Below are positions 1 to 8,331 of a stretch of DNA of 64,000 bases, piece after piece. Source of the DNA: an uncultured delta proteobacterium (lineage in GTDB: Bacteria > Myxococcota > Myxococcia > Myxococcales > Anaeromyxobacteraceae); NCBI GenBank assembly GCA_963845515.1, contig CAWJSR010000010.1:156623-220622 (forward strand), in the 5' to 3' direction. Position 1 is the stretch's first letter. The number at the start of each line of letters is the position of its first letter. The position numbers and the translations under genes were made by a program. The notes beneath the pieces are model-generated. The model worked only from the letters and a program-made list of their open reading frames with translations. It ran no database searches and was not told the DNA's origin.

Positions 1-976
1 CGATGGTGCCGGCCTCGGTGAACTTGGCGGCGTTGCTGAGGAGGTTGAGCAGGATCTGGTGGAGCCGCTGGCGGTCGACGTGGACCGTCGAGGGCGCGCC
101 CCGGCGTTCGACGCGCACCTCGACCCGCCGGGACCCCAGGAGGAGGCGCGTCGTCGCCGCCAGCTCCTCCAGGAGCTGGGCGAGCGCCACGGGCTCAGCC
201 TGGAGGGTCATCTTCCCAGCCTCGAGCTTGGAGAGGTCGAGGATGGCGTTGACGGTCCCACGCAGCCCGGTGGCCGTCCGATCGAGGAGCTCCAGCCGTT
301 CCTGGACGGCTGCCAGGTCGCCCCGGGTGCAGGCCATCGAGAGGATCTCCGTCAGGCCGACGATCGCGTTGATCGGCGAGCGGAGCTCGTGGGTGGCGTG
401 CGCGAGGAACTGGGCGCGGATCGACTCCACCTTCTCCAGCTCACGGTTCCGCTCGAGCGCCGACTCTTGCTCGAGGACCGCGCGAGCGAGCGCCAGCCCC
501 TGCTCGACCGCCAGGTCGCGCGCCGAGAGGAGACCGACGAACTGCCCTTCGCCGTCCACGACGACGAGGTCGTCGTAGGCGCGGCTCGGTGGCCGGGAGA
601 AGGCCAACTCCACCGCCTCAGCCAGCGCGGTGGCCCCGGCGATCACCAGCGGCTCCGGATCGGCGATCCGCATGGAGGGTCGGCGACCGAAGATCTCGTA
701 GCCGAAGTTCCGGCCCAGCTTCAGGAGGAGCGCCTGTCGCGTCACCAGCCCCACCGGCCGCCCTCCCCTCACCAGGGCTACGGAGTCCAGCTCCGGTCGT
801 TCGCGGAAGACCTCAACGAGGTGCGAGACGAGCATGTCGGGCGACGCCTGGTCGCCACTTCGGACGAGGTCGCGCACCGGCCTCGCCGCGTTGCGTCCTT
901 CGGGTGGCGCCGGGGAGGCGTGGCGGTGGTGGCCGGGGCGGGGCGCCTCGACCAGGGGTCGACCTACGTTGGGCAT
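1..976 (-). CDS. Sensor histidine kinase with N-terminal CBS-pair-like domain; 3' end runs off the window
   Basis: Manual translation from ATG at 976 (absent from the ORF track). CBS-like segments SVALVRGGRPVGLVTRQAL and LVVVDGEGQFVGLLSARDL, H-box FLAHATHELRSPINAI, N-box QILLNLLSNAAKFT. No obvious TM helix. Confidence 0.85.
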   Translation of the reverse strand, partial: MPNVGRPLVEAPRPGHHRHASPAPPEGRNAARPVRDLVRSGDQASPDMLVSHLVEVFRERPELDSVALVRGGRPVGLVTRQALLLKLGRNFGYEIFGRRPSMRIADPEPLVIAGATALAEAVELAFSRPPSRAYDDLVVVDGEGQFVGLLSARDLAVEQGLALARAVLEQESALERNRELEKVESIRAQFLAHATHELRSPINAIVGLTEILSMACTRGDLAAVQERLELLDRTATGLRGTVNAILDLSKLEAGKMTLQAEPVALAQLLEELAATTRLLLGSRRVEVRVERRGAPSTVHVDRQRLHQILLNLLSNAAKFTEAGTI

Positions 977-990
977 GGCGGTCTCCGTGT

Positions 991-1941
991 TCAGTCGCGG
1001 CGGTCGATACCCGCCGCCAGCAGCGCCAGCCCCTCGAAGAGGAGGTGGGCCGCGAGGTGGGAGGTGAGATCGGCGTGATCCAGCACAGGGCAGACCTCCA
1101 CCACGTCCATGCCAGCGAGCTGGATCCCTTTGAGCTGGCCAATCAGGCCGAGCAGCTCGCGGGAGGAGAGTCCGCCGGGGACTGGCGTCCCGGTGCCGGG
1201 CGCGAAGGCGGGGTCAGCGACGTCAACGTCGATCGTGATCCAGGTCGGCATCCCGTCGAAAGCGCTGGAGATCGTCCGCGCGAGCGTGGCAGGGCCGAGC
1301 TGCGAGAAGGCGTCTGCGTCCACGCGGCGCGCCCCGGCACAGTCGCCGGGGGCACCGTCCTCGCCAGTAGCCCAGGGGCCGCGGAGTCCGACCTGCCAGA
1401 GCCGCCCGAGCGACACGAGCCCCTCGTCGATGGCGTGGCCGATCGGCGTGCCGTGGTGCCAGGGGTCGCCCCAGGTGTCCGGCCCGCTCGTGTCGAGGTG
1501 GGCGTCGAGGTGGAGCACGGCGAGCGGGCCGTGCCGGCGCGCAGCCGCACGGAGCGCCGGAAGCGTGATCGAGTGGTCTCCACCGACGAGGAACGGCGCG
1601 GCCCCCTGCGCGATGACCGCGGCCGTGGTCGCCTCGATCGCCGCTCGCCCCGCCGCGCGATCGAACGGCGGGAAGACTACGTTGCCTGCATCGACCGCCG
1701 CGGTCCCGTCGAAGGCGTCGAGGCGGCGCACGGGGTGCCAGCCCTGGAGCAGCGCGCTCACTCGCCGCACGTGAAACGGGGCGAGGCGGGCTCCCGGCTG
1801 GTAGGTTGTCCCAGCGTCGGTCGGTACGCCGATCAGCGCGGCGCGGGTGCCGTCCGGCAGCCGGCGCGGATCGGCCCGGGGGAGCCGGAAGAACGGGGTC
1901 TGCCCCTCGCGGAGGTACTCAAGCGCGCTCGCCTGGGCCAT
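991..1941 (-). CDS. Ureohydrolase, agmatinase/arginase family
   Basis: Motifs GGDHSIT, HLDAHLD and DVDVADPAFAPGTGTPVPGG (binuclear Mn site). Confidence 0.9.
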   Translation of the reverse strand: MAQASALEYLREGQTPFFRLPRADPRRLPDGTRAALIGVPTDAGTTYQPGARLAPFHVRRVSALLQGWHPVRRLDAFDGTAAVDAGNVVFPPFDRAAGRAAIEATTAAVIAQGAAPFLVGGDHSITLPALRAAARRHGPLAVLHLDAHLDTSGPDTWGDPWHHGTPIGHAIDEGLVSLGRLWQVGLRGPWATGEDGAPGDCAGARRVDADAFSQLGPATLARTISSAFDGMPTWITIDVDVADPAFAPGTGTPVPGGLSSRELLGLIGQLKGIQLAGMDVVEVCPVLDHADLTSHLAAHLLFEGLALLAAGIDRRD

Positions 1942-1950
1942 GTCGAGCGC

Positions 1951-2709
1951 TCAGGCATCTCGAAGCGAGAGGACTGCCGACCGCACGGCGCAGGCGAGCT
2001 CCGCGGCGACGTCCCAGCCGTCGGCCTCGATCGGCGCTCCGAAGCGCACCAGCGCGTGCGCGCGCGCACCGCCAGCGAACCGGAGGTAGTGGGGCAGGAA
2101 GCTGTCGTCACCGACCCACGCCAACTCGGGACGATCGTAGGAGATGCTGACGGGCACGATGGGAACCTCGCCGACGCGCGCCATCCAGAGGAGGCCAGGG
2201 TGGAACGGGAGGACGCCGTCCCCCCGGGTGGTCGTGCCTTCCGGGAAGTTGAGCACGGCGATGCCGTCTTCCAGCGCGCGCGCGGCAGCGCGCAGCACCC
2301 GCACTCCGGAGCGGCCGTTTCCCCGCTCCACGAAGAGGACGCCGAGCTCCTTCGCCATTGCGCCGATCACCGGCCAGGCTGCGACCGCGTCCTTCGAGAT
2401 CGGGAGGCAGGGGAGGAGCCCGCCGACCACCAGGGGGTCGAGCCAGCTCAGGTGATTGCACGCCAGCAGCGCGGCGCCTGCGGGACGCACCCCCTCCACG
2501 GTCACCTCGATCCCGTGGAGCGCGGTGACCCGCTCAAGCAGGCCGCACATCAAGCGAACCCGCGCGAGCCGTCCCGCGCGGTCCACACCCCCCGCCAGGC
2601 CCCTCAGCCGGAGCGCTGTCCCAACTGCTGCGGCCCCGGTGGCGGCGAGGCGCCGTCCCGCTCGCGCGGTGGCCGGGACCCCCTCCTGGACGAGCCGAAG
2701 AGCGCTCAC
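1951..2709 (-). CDS. Lysophospholipid acyltransferase, PlsC/OlsA family
   Basis: Catalytic HX4D motif NHLSWLD and FPEGT block. Start overlaps the upstream GNAT stop (ATGA). Confidence 0.9.
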   Translation of the reverse strand: MSALRLVQEGVPATARAGRRLAATGAAAVGTALRLRGLAGGVDRAGRLARVRLMCGLLERVTALHGIEVTVEGVRPAGAALLACNHLSWLDPLVVGGLLPCLPISKDAVAAWPVIGAMAKELGVLFVERGNGRSGVRVLRAAARALEDGIAVLNFPEGTTTRGDGVLPFHPGLLWMARVGEVPIVPVSISYDRPELAWVGDDSFLPHYLRFAGGARAHALVRFGAPIEADGWDVAAELACAVRSAVLSLRDA

Positions 2710-3230
2710 GCCGCACCCGCCAGCGTCGAACCGTCGACCAGGCCGATCCGTTCCAGCCGGGGCCGCATCCGGTCGAACGCGTCACGCTCGATCCGGGAGA
2801 CGAGCCGGCGGTCCCCCGGCCCGTAGAAGTTCTCGCGAATCCCCACCTCGCGGGCGCCCAGCGCCGCGTGGAGCGCCCGCGCCGCCGCGTTCTCCTCCTT
2901 CACGGTGAACCAGCAGCTGTCGACCCGCGCGGAGAGCGAGCCGATCAGGCGCTGCACGAGCCCGAAGGCGACGCGCGTCCCCTGGTACTCGGGAAGCACG
3001 CCGAGCGTCGTGCAATAGGCCTCGCGGCCGCGGATGAAGCAGAGGACGTACCCGAGCAACCTCTCGTCCTCTTCAGCGGCGAAGCAGGTGTCGGCGAAGA
3101 ACTCGCAGCAGAGCCGGACGTAGTAGGGGCCGAGGACGTCTTCGCCGGCGACACCGAAGACCTGCTCCTCGAGCCTCATGATCGCCGCGAAGTCCTCGCG
3201 GCGTAGCGAACGGATGATTCGACGTGCCAT
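2706..3230 (-). CDS. GNAT-family N-acyltransferase, RimI-like size
   Basis: [13 protein letters not shown] (motif A) and [12 protein letters not shown] (motif B). GGAGG RBS at 3235-3239. Confidence 0.85.
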   Translation of the reverse strand: MARRIIRSLRREDFAAIMRLEEQVFGVAGEDVLGPYYVRLCCEFFADTCFAAEEDERLLGYVLCFIRGREAYCTTLGVLPEYQGTRVAFGLVQRLIGSLSARVDSCWFTVKEENAAARALHAALGAREVGIRENFYGPGDRRLVSRIERDAFDRMRPRLERIGLVDGSTLAGAA

Positions 3231-3253
3231 GGATCCTCCTTCGAGCTGCGAGG

Positions 3254-3309
3254 AGCCTAGCGACCAGGCGTGCGGAGCCCGTGGCGCGCCTGCGACGATT
3301 GGGTTGCGG
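3254..3309 (-). promoter_or_regulatory. Candidate PhoB/OmpR-type promoter for the GNAT-acyltransferase-ureohydrolase-kinase unit
   Basis: Minus strand reads CCGCAAC-4-TCGTCGC-4-GCGCCAC-4-TCCGCAC-10nt-TAGGCT. Confidence 0.45.
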
Positions 3310-3338
3310 CGCCCCGCGGGCGACCGCGCCCCCGCCGA

Positions 3339-4639
3339 TCAGGGGGCGGGCGCGGCGCCGCCGCTGAATCTTGTCGAGGATCCGCTGGAGACCGAACTTC
3401 GGGAGGCGCGTGTAGCCCGCCCAGGCTGCGGCCGCGAGCAGGCCATCGGCCAGCCAGTCGCCGAGCCACTCGGCGGCGAAGCGGGCCTCGCGCTGCTTGA
3501 GCCCGGCGCCAGAGTCCCGCGCCCAGCGACGGTTGTACCATTCGTGAACACCGACCGGCGGGGCGAGGACGAGCGGCAGACCGAGCGCGGCGTAGAAGGT
3601 CAGCTCGGACGGCTTCGTCCAGAGGACGTCGGTCCGCGCGAGGAGCGCGTTGAATCGGGACGTAGTAGTCGTCGAAGTCCGAGGCGGAGAGGATCTGCAC
3701 CGCCCCGCCGAGCAGGGGCTCCAGGCGCGCCCGGTGCACCGCCTCACGGAACCGGGCCTCCACGTCGGGCGGACCCCGGCCACGAGCGCCAGCCGGAGTC
3801 GGCCCTCGCCCAGCGCTGCGGCGAAGCCGGGCAGGAACGCCGACGCAAGCTCCACCTGCGCGCCCGCTCCACCGACGGCGAAGGTGACGAGCGGAGGCTC
3901 TACCGGCACCTCCCGTGGGAGCGCGCCGAGGAAGTGCGCGAGCTCCTCGGGCATGTTGCGCCGGAACTCGCCGCTGGGATCGAGCCGCACGAGCCGGGCC
4001 GCCAGGTGCTGGCGAAGGAGGGTGAGGTCTGGCCCGCCGACCAGCTCGTCCGGCAGGGGGAAGCCCGTGAAGGTGATCCGCTCCTCCGGGACGCCGTAGG
4101 CGCGAAGCCGCCGCCCCGCGCGCTGGGTAGGGACGAGGAACTGGATCCGGGTGCGCGCCGGCTCGAGCGGCGCCCAGATGCGGTTGAGGTCAGTGTCCGT
4201 CGCGACGCAGTAGATGTTCTCAAGCCCCGCGCGGTCGGCTGCGATCGCGGGTGCGTAGAAGGTGCTGACCAGGGGCGCGCCGCCCGCGCGCGCCGCGCCG
4301 ACGACCCCCATCTCCCAGGCCGCGCCGGATCAGCCGGTCGAGCGCGAGCGCCCCCTGCGTCGGCGTCGAGAGGTCGCGGCGGGGGTGGAGGCGAGGGATG
4401 TCAGTGGCGCTGTCGAGCAGCTGGCGAATGGGAAGACCGACCCACGGCAACTGTGACAGGCGCGAGACCCACTCGTAGCCGCCCCGCGCGCGCCGCCAGA
4501 GCCGCTCCTCCTCGGCGTTCGCGACGGGGGCGCGGTCGACGTGGAGCACCGACGTGCTGAGAGCAGCCGCGATCGGAGCGGCTGCCCGGAGGTGCCCGTA
4601 CCCCATTTCGACGGCGGCGACGATCGGTTTCAGTACCAT
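3339..4639 (-). CDS. GT-B glycosyltransferase, MGDG-synthase/UgtP-like, broken by about 4 single-base indels
   Basis: N-term AAVEMGYGHLRAA, ATDTDLNRIW, TGFPLP, AVGGAG and DVLWTKPSELTF are spread over three frames. Shifts near 4315, 3765, 3660 and 3368. The 3' end is inferred. Confidence 0.7.
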
Positions 4640-5836
4640 CTGGACGAGGCTACCGCACGCCCGCGGCGTCGAGCACTCCCTGTCCCCGGTGTGCGCTGGG
4701 GCAAGGCGTGTTCCACGAAGCACACGCAGCCGGTTGCCGCGCCAGACGACGTCGTTCCGCAGAAGTCCGTGGAGCCACGCGGCGCCGAAGAGCAGGTCCT
4801 TCAGCGGGACGAGCATGAGGTCCGAGACGGGGAAGCCGCCGGTCCGGAGCAGGCGGCCGTTCGCCCCGTCGACGCCTGCCTTCGTGGCGCAGAGCCCGAG
4901 GAAGGCCAGGAGCGCCGCGCCCGACGGGGCCGCGGCGAGTCCCAGGGCGCCCAGCAGGACCGGGTTGAGGAGGAGCTGCGCGAGGTAGAGCGGCGTCCCG
5001 GCCGCCTTCCGCTGCATGACGCTCCACCTGGCGTATCGGCCGTAGAAGTCGGCGAGCCCTCGCCGCTCGTTCACGTTGGTGACCGGCGTCCGCGCGAGGA
5101 CCACCCGCTTCCCGAGGCGGGCCGTCACCCACCGGCCGAGGACGTAGTCCTCGGCGAGCACGTCCTTCACCGCGTCGAAGCCACCGAGCGCCTCCAGGTC
5201 GGCGCGCCGCAGGGCCATCGACTTGCCGACGACGATGTCCTGCCCGGCCAGCCGCTTCGCGGCGACCATCCCCGGGGTGACGGACCCGGCGAGGTGTAGG
5301 TTGTCGAAGAGCGAGCCGAGCCGACGCTCGCCGGCCCCGGCGACCGGGTGGGTGACCAGGCCGACCTCCGGCGCCCGGAGCGCCTCGGCGATCTCGGCGA
5401 GGTATCCGGCCTCGACCCGGACGTTGGAGTCCGAGATCACGAGGAGGTCGTGGCGTGCTGCGGTGGCGAGGCCAATCAACTGGTTCACCTTGGGGTTGTG
5501 GCCGGGCTCTCCGCGCTGGATGACTGCGCGGAAGCGGTGCGGCCACCGGCGCGCCGCCCGGAGCGCCACCGCCCACGCCGCGTCGCTCGTGCTTCGCACT
5601 CCGAGGAGGACCTCGTAGTCGCGATAGTCGAGAGAGGCGAAGGTGGCGAGGTTCTCCTCGAGCTGATCGTCGATCCCGCAGAGCGGCTTGAGGATGGAGA
5701 CCCCGGGACCCACGGGATGTCCTGGGGGGCGCCGGCGCGGCGCGCAGTGGAGCCGGAGGGCGGCGTGCTGCGCCGCGAGGACGAGCAGCCCGAGGGACGC
5801 GAGCGCGAAGAGCACGGTGCCGGGTGATGGGTCCAT
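4640..5836 (-). CDS. Ceramide glucosyltransferase/HpnI-like GT2 (GT21) membrane glycosyltransferase
   Basis: SILKPLCG, NPKVNQL, VISDSNV, LAEDY and RYARW, with an N-terminal TM helix. As sequenced it reads in frame into the downstream GT-B gene, so the true 3' end is uncertain. Confidence 0.85.
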
Positions 5837-5889
5837 TCTTCCTCCGAGGCGCTCGGGCCGGCGAGGAGCCACCCGGCGCGTTGCAGACG

Positions 5890-6015
5890 AGGATGGACCC
5901 GGTGCGTGGCCAACCCGTGGAGAACCCGTGACGGGGCGGCAAACCGGTGGTGCATCCCGCCGTCACGAAGCGTTCACTCACCCGCCATCAGTCCCGCACG
6001 CGCGCGAGGCAGGAT
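5890..6015. promoter_or_regulatory. Divergent pair of Pho-box-like direct-repeat arrays with -10-like hexamers
   Basis: Minus: CCGTCAC-gggt-TCTCCAC-gggt-TGGCCAC-10nt-CATCCT (5934 to 5890). Plus: CCGTCAC-gaag-CGTTCAC-tcac-CCGCCAT-cagt-CCCGCAC-10nt-CAGGAT (5960-6015). Confidence 0.6.
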
Positions 6016-6023
6016 CCCCTGCC

Positions 6024-6464
6024 ATGGTGCTCAACGAAGATGCTCTGGAAGCCCCCGTGATGCGCCTCTTCGAAGGTGCGTCGCGGGTGCTCTTGTCGCT
6101 GCTCATCGTCGCCGTCCTCACCGCGATGCTCGCCGGGATCGGCTACACCTTCTACGACCTGCGGCTCGTCCTCGGCGGGGAGGCGCACGAGGCCTTCCGG
6201 ACGATCCTCGTCGACGTCCTGACGGTCCTCGCGATGGTCGAGGTGCTTCGGACCGCGCTCGCCTACTTCAGCGAAGGGCGGGTGAAGGTCACCTACATCA
6301 TCGACACCGTCATCGTGACGGTCCTCACCGAGATCATGGCCTTCTGGTACCGGGACGTGCCGTGGCAGAAGCTGGCGATGGTCCTCGCGGTCGTGATCTC
6401 GCTGGCGCTGGTGCGGATCGTCGCCGTTCGCTTCTCGCCCCGACGGGTGCAGGAGGAGCTGTAA
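6024..6464 (+). CDS. Phosphate-starvation-inducible PsiE-family membrane protein
   Basis: 146 aa with four hydrophobic segments; LAMVEVLRTALAYF...VKVTYIIDTVIVTVLTEI pattern. Confidence 0.8.
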   Translation: MVLNEDALEAPVMRLFEGASRVLLSLLIVAVLTAMLAGIGYTFYDLRLVLGGEAHEAFRTILVDVLTVLAMVEVLRTALAYFSEGRVKVTYIIDTVIVTVLTEIMAFWYRDVPWQKLAMVLAVVISLALVRIVAVRFSPRRVQEEL

Positions 6465-6483
6465 GCGTTGGTTCGGGTCGTCG

Positions 6484-6539
6484 AATTCACCGTTTCGTTG
6501 CGCCGTAGCCGTGCCGACGCCACGCGGGGACGGCATCAT
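6484..6539 (+). promoter_or_regulatory. Candidate Pho-box-like promoter of the PAP2 gene
   Basis: AATTCAC-4-TCGTTGC-4-TAGCCGT-4-ACGCCAC-10nt-CATCAT, then 8 nt to the ATG. The middle units are degenerate. Confidence 0.4.
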
Positions 6540-6547
6540 TCAGGGCG

Positions 6548-7150
6548 ATGACACGGATCGAAGCCCTCACACGCCGCCCTGGACTGACCCTCGCCGCCGC
6601 CGACCTCGGTCCGGTCGCGACGCTCGTCTGGTCGTCGCTCGCTCGCCTGCTCCGCTGGGACGAGGCGGTCCTGCTCAAGGCTCGCAGGCTTCACGGGCCG
6701 CGCCGCACGCTGCTCGCCCGTGCGCTCACCCGGGCGGGGGACGGCTCGAGCTGGACCCTGTACGGCCTGCTGCTGCTCGCGACCTTCGACCCCACGTGCA
6801 CTTCGGCGGCGCTCCGGCTCGCCACCGCTGCGGGGATCGCCACCCTCCTCTCACAAGCACTGAAGCGGAGCCTCGGGCGGGCGCGGCCGGACCGCGCCAT
6901 CGTCGGCTTCGAGGCTCTCTCCGGCAACCCGGACCGCTTCTCCTTCCCGTCGGGCCACACCGCCGCGGCCTTCGCCGTGGCCGTCGCCTTCGCGGGCGCT
7001 CCCGGGCTCTCGGTCGCCCTCTTCCTCTTCGCCGTCGCGATCGCGGTGTCACGCGTCTACCTCGGGGCGCACTACCCGCTCGACGTCGCGGCAGGCGCGG
7101 CGCTCGGATCCATCGCCGGGTTCGCGGCGCGAGCCCTGCTGGGGGCCTGA
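6548..7150 (+). CDS. PAP2-family membrane lipid phosphatase
   Basis: Signature motifs KRSLGRARP, SFPSGH and SRVYLGAHYPLD. Confidence 0.93.
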   Translation: MTRIEALTRRPGLTLAAADLGPVATLVWSSLARLLRWDEAVLLKARRLHGPRRTLLARALTRAGDGSSWTLYGLLLLATFDPTCTSAALRLATAAGIATLLSQALKRSLGRARPDRAIVGFEALSGNPDRFSFPSGHTAAAFAVAVAFAGAPGLSVALFLFAVAIAVSRVYLGAHYPLDVAAGAALGSIAGFAARALLGA

Positions 7151-7244
7151 TCGCCGACGCCGCCAGGGCGGCGGTGGCGGCGGGCACGAGCGCGGTTCGG
7201 CCCCTCGGCTTCTTCGCGGACGCGCAAGGATCGCGAACCCTGCC

Positions 7245-7310
7245 CTCTTGGATGACTGGGAGCGAGCGCGAAGGTCCCAGCCGCTGGTGGACATCGAGCC
7301 GCTGATCTAG
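7245..7310 (+). pseudogene. 3' remnant of a DUF4160-family gene
   Basis: Translates LLDDWERARRSQPLVDIEPLI-stop 10 nt before DUF2442, resembling DUF4160 C-termini. No in-frame start between the PAP2 stop and this segment. Confidence 0.6.
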
Positions 7311-7320
7311 ATTTGGCTAT

Positions 7321-7584
7321 ATGGTCGTCGTCGACGTCACCACCGTTCGCCCGCTCGCCGGCTTCGTCGTGGAGCTGGGATTCGAGGACGGGACGGTGAA
7401 ACAGGTCGATCTGGAGCCCTACCTCACCGGACCGATCTTCGAGCCGGTGCGCCGCGACGCCGCCTTCTTCCGCTCGGTGCAGGTTGACCCGGAGATCGGC
7501 ACGATCGTCTGGCCGAACGGGGCGGACATCGACCCGATGGTCCTGCGGTACGGGCTCCGGCCCGCGGCCTGGCCGGCACAGTGA
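7321..7584 (+). CDS. DUF2442-domain protein, putative antitoxin
   Basis: 87 aa with FEDGTVKQVDL...GPIFEP...GTIVWPNGADIDP pattern. Confidence 0.85.
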   Translation: MVVVDVTTVRPLAGFVVELGFEDGTVKQVDLEPYLTGPIFEPVRRDAAFFRSVQVDPEIGTIVWPNGADIDPMVLRYGLRPAAWPAQ

Positions 7585-7647
7585 GCAGGCGCCAAGCCTG
7601 GTATCGAACGGACGAGGCGCATTACCGAGCCATGAACATCGTGAGGC

Positions 7648-8052
7648 CTACGGCGCGATCAGCTCGACCTTCGGGAAGTTCGTCCGGTAGCGCGCCGCGT
7701 CCCGGGTGAGCAGCCGGAGGCCGGCGATCGCCGCGTGCGCGCCGATGTAGAAGTCGGGGAGCGGCGTGCGCCGCACGCCCCCCCGGCGCCGGTACGCCAG
7801 GAACGCCTTCCCGGCCAGGAAGCCGGCGTCGTAGGGGAGCTGATCCCGCCGGTACACGGACGCGGGGAGCGCCGCGTCCAGCTCCTCAATCCGGTCGAAG
7901 CCGACCGACACCTCGGCCCAGATGAGCGGGTTCACAACGAGCACGCTCCGCTCGGCCGCCCGCTCCAGCGCGGCGGAGGACCAGGAGAGCCATCGCGGAT
8001 CCTCCGTCGCCACGTCTAGGAGGACGCTGCTGTCGACGAGGACCCCGCTCAT
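7648..8052 (-). CDS. vapC: VapC PIN-domain toxin
   Basis: VLVDSSVLLD, LIWAEV, LPDFYIGAHA and LLTRD acidic PIN motifs. Confidence 0.92.
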   Translation of the reverse strand: MSGVLVDSSVLLDVATEDPRWLSWSSAALERAAERSVLVVNPLIWAEVSVGFDRIEELDAALPASVYRRDQLPYDAGFLAGKAFLAYRRRGGVRRTPLPDFYIGAHAAIAGLRLLTRDAARYRTNFPKVELIAP

Positions 8053-8282
8053 GTCGATCGCGTCAGCGCCAGGATCTCGTCGGTGCTCATCCGGGCCGTA
8101 GCCCGGCCGCGGAGCGCCTTCACGGCTGCCTCGCCGCGCGAGGGTCGCTTCGCGCCGCGGGACTTCCGGATGCGCACCGCCCCGCCAACGATCTCGAACT
8201 CGACCTCGGTGTTGGGGAGCAGCCCGGCCTCCTCGCGGATCGCCTGCGGGATGGTCACCTGCCCCTTCGACGTGATGCGCAT
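8049..8282 (-). CDS. vapB: AbrB/MazE-fold VapB antitoxin
   Basis: MRITSKGQVTIP signature; 4-nt overlap with vapC. Confidence 0.92.
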   Translation of the reverse strand: MRITSKGQVTIPQAIREEAGLLPNTEVEFEIVGGAVRIRKSRGAKRPSRGEAAVKALRGRATARMSTDEILALTRST

Positions 8283-8331
8283 CGCCGGCCTCCGTTCTTA
8301 CTACAGATAGTAATGCCGGGCGGCCGGCGCC

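Noticed and set aside
2706..3230. Calling the GNAT OlsB
   Set aside because: At 174 aa with RimI-like motifs it is shorter than typical OlsB, and I recognise no OlsB-specific signature. Kept only as an analogy.
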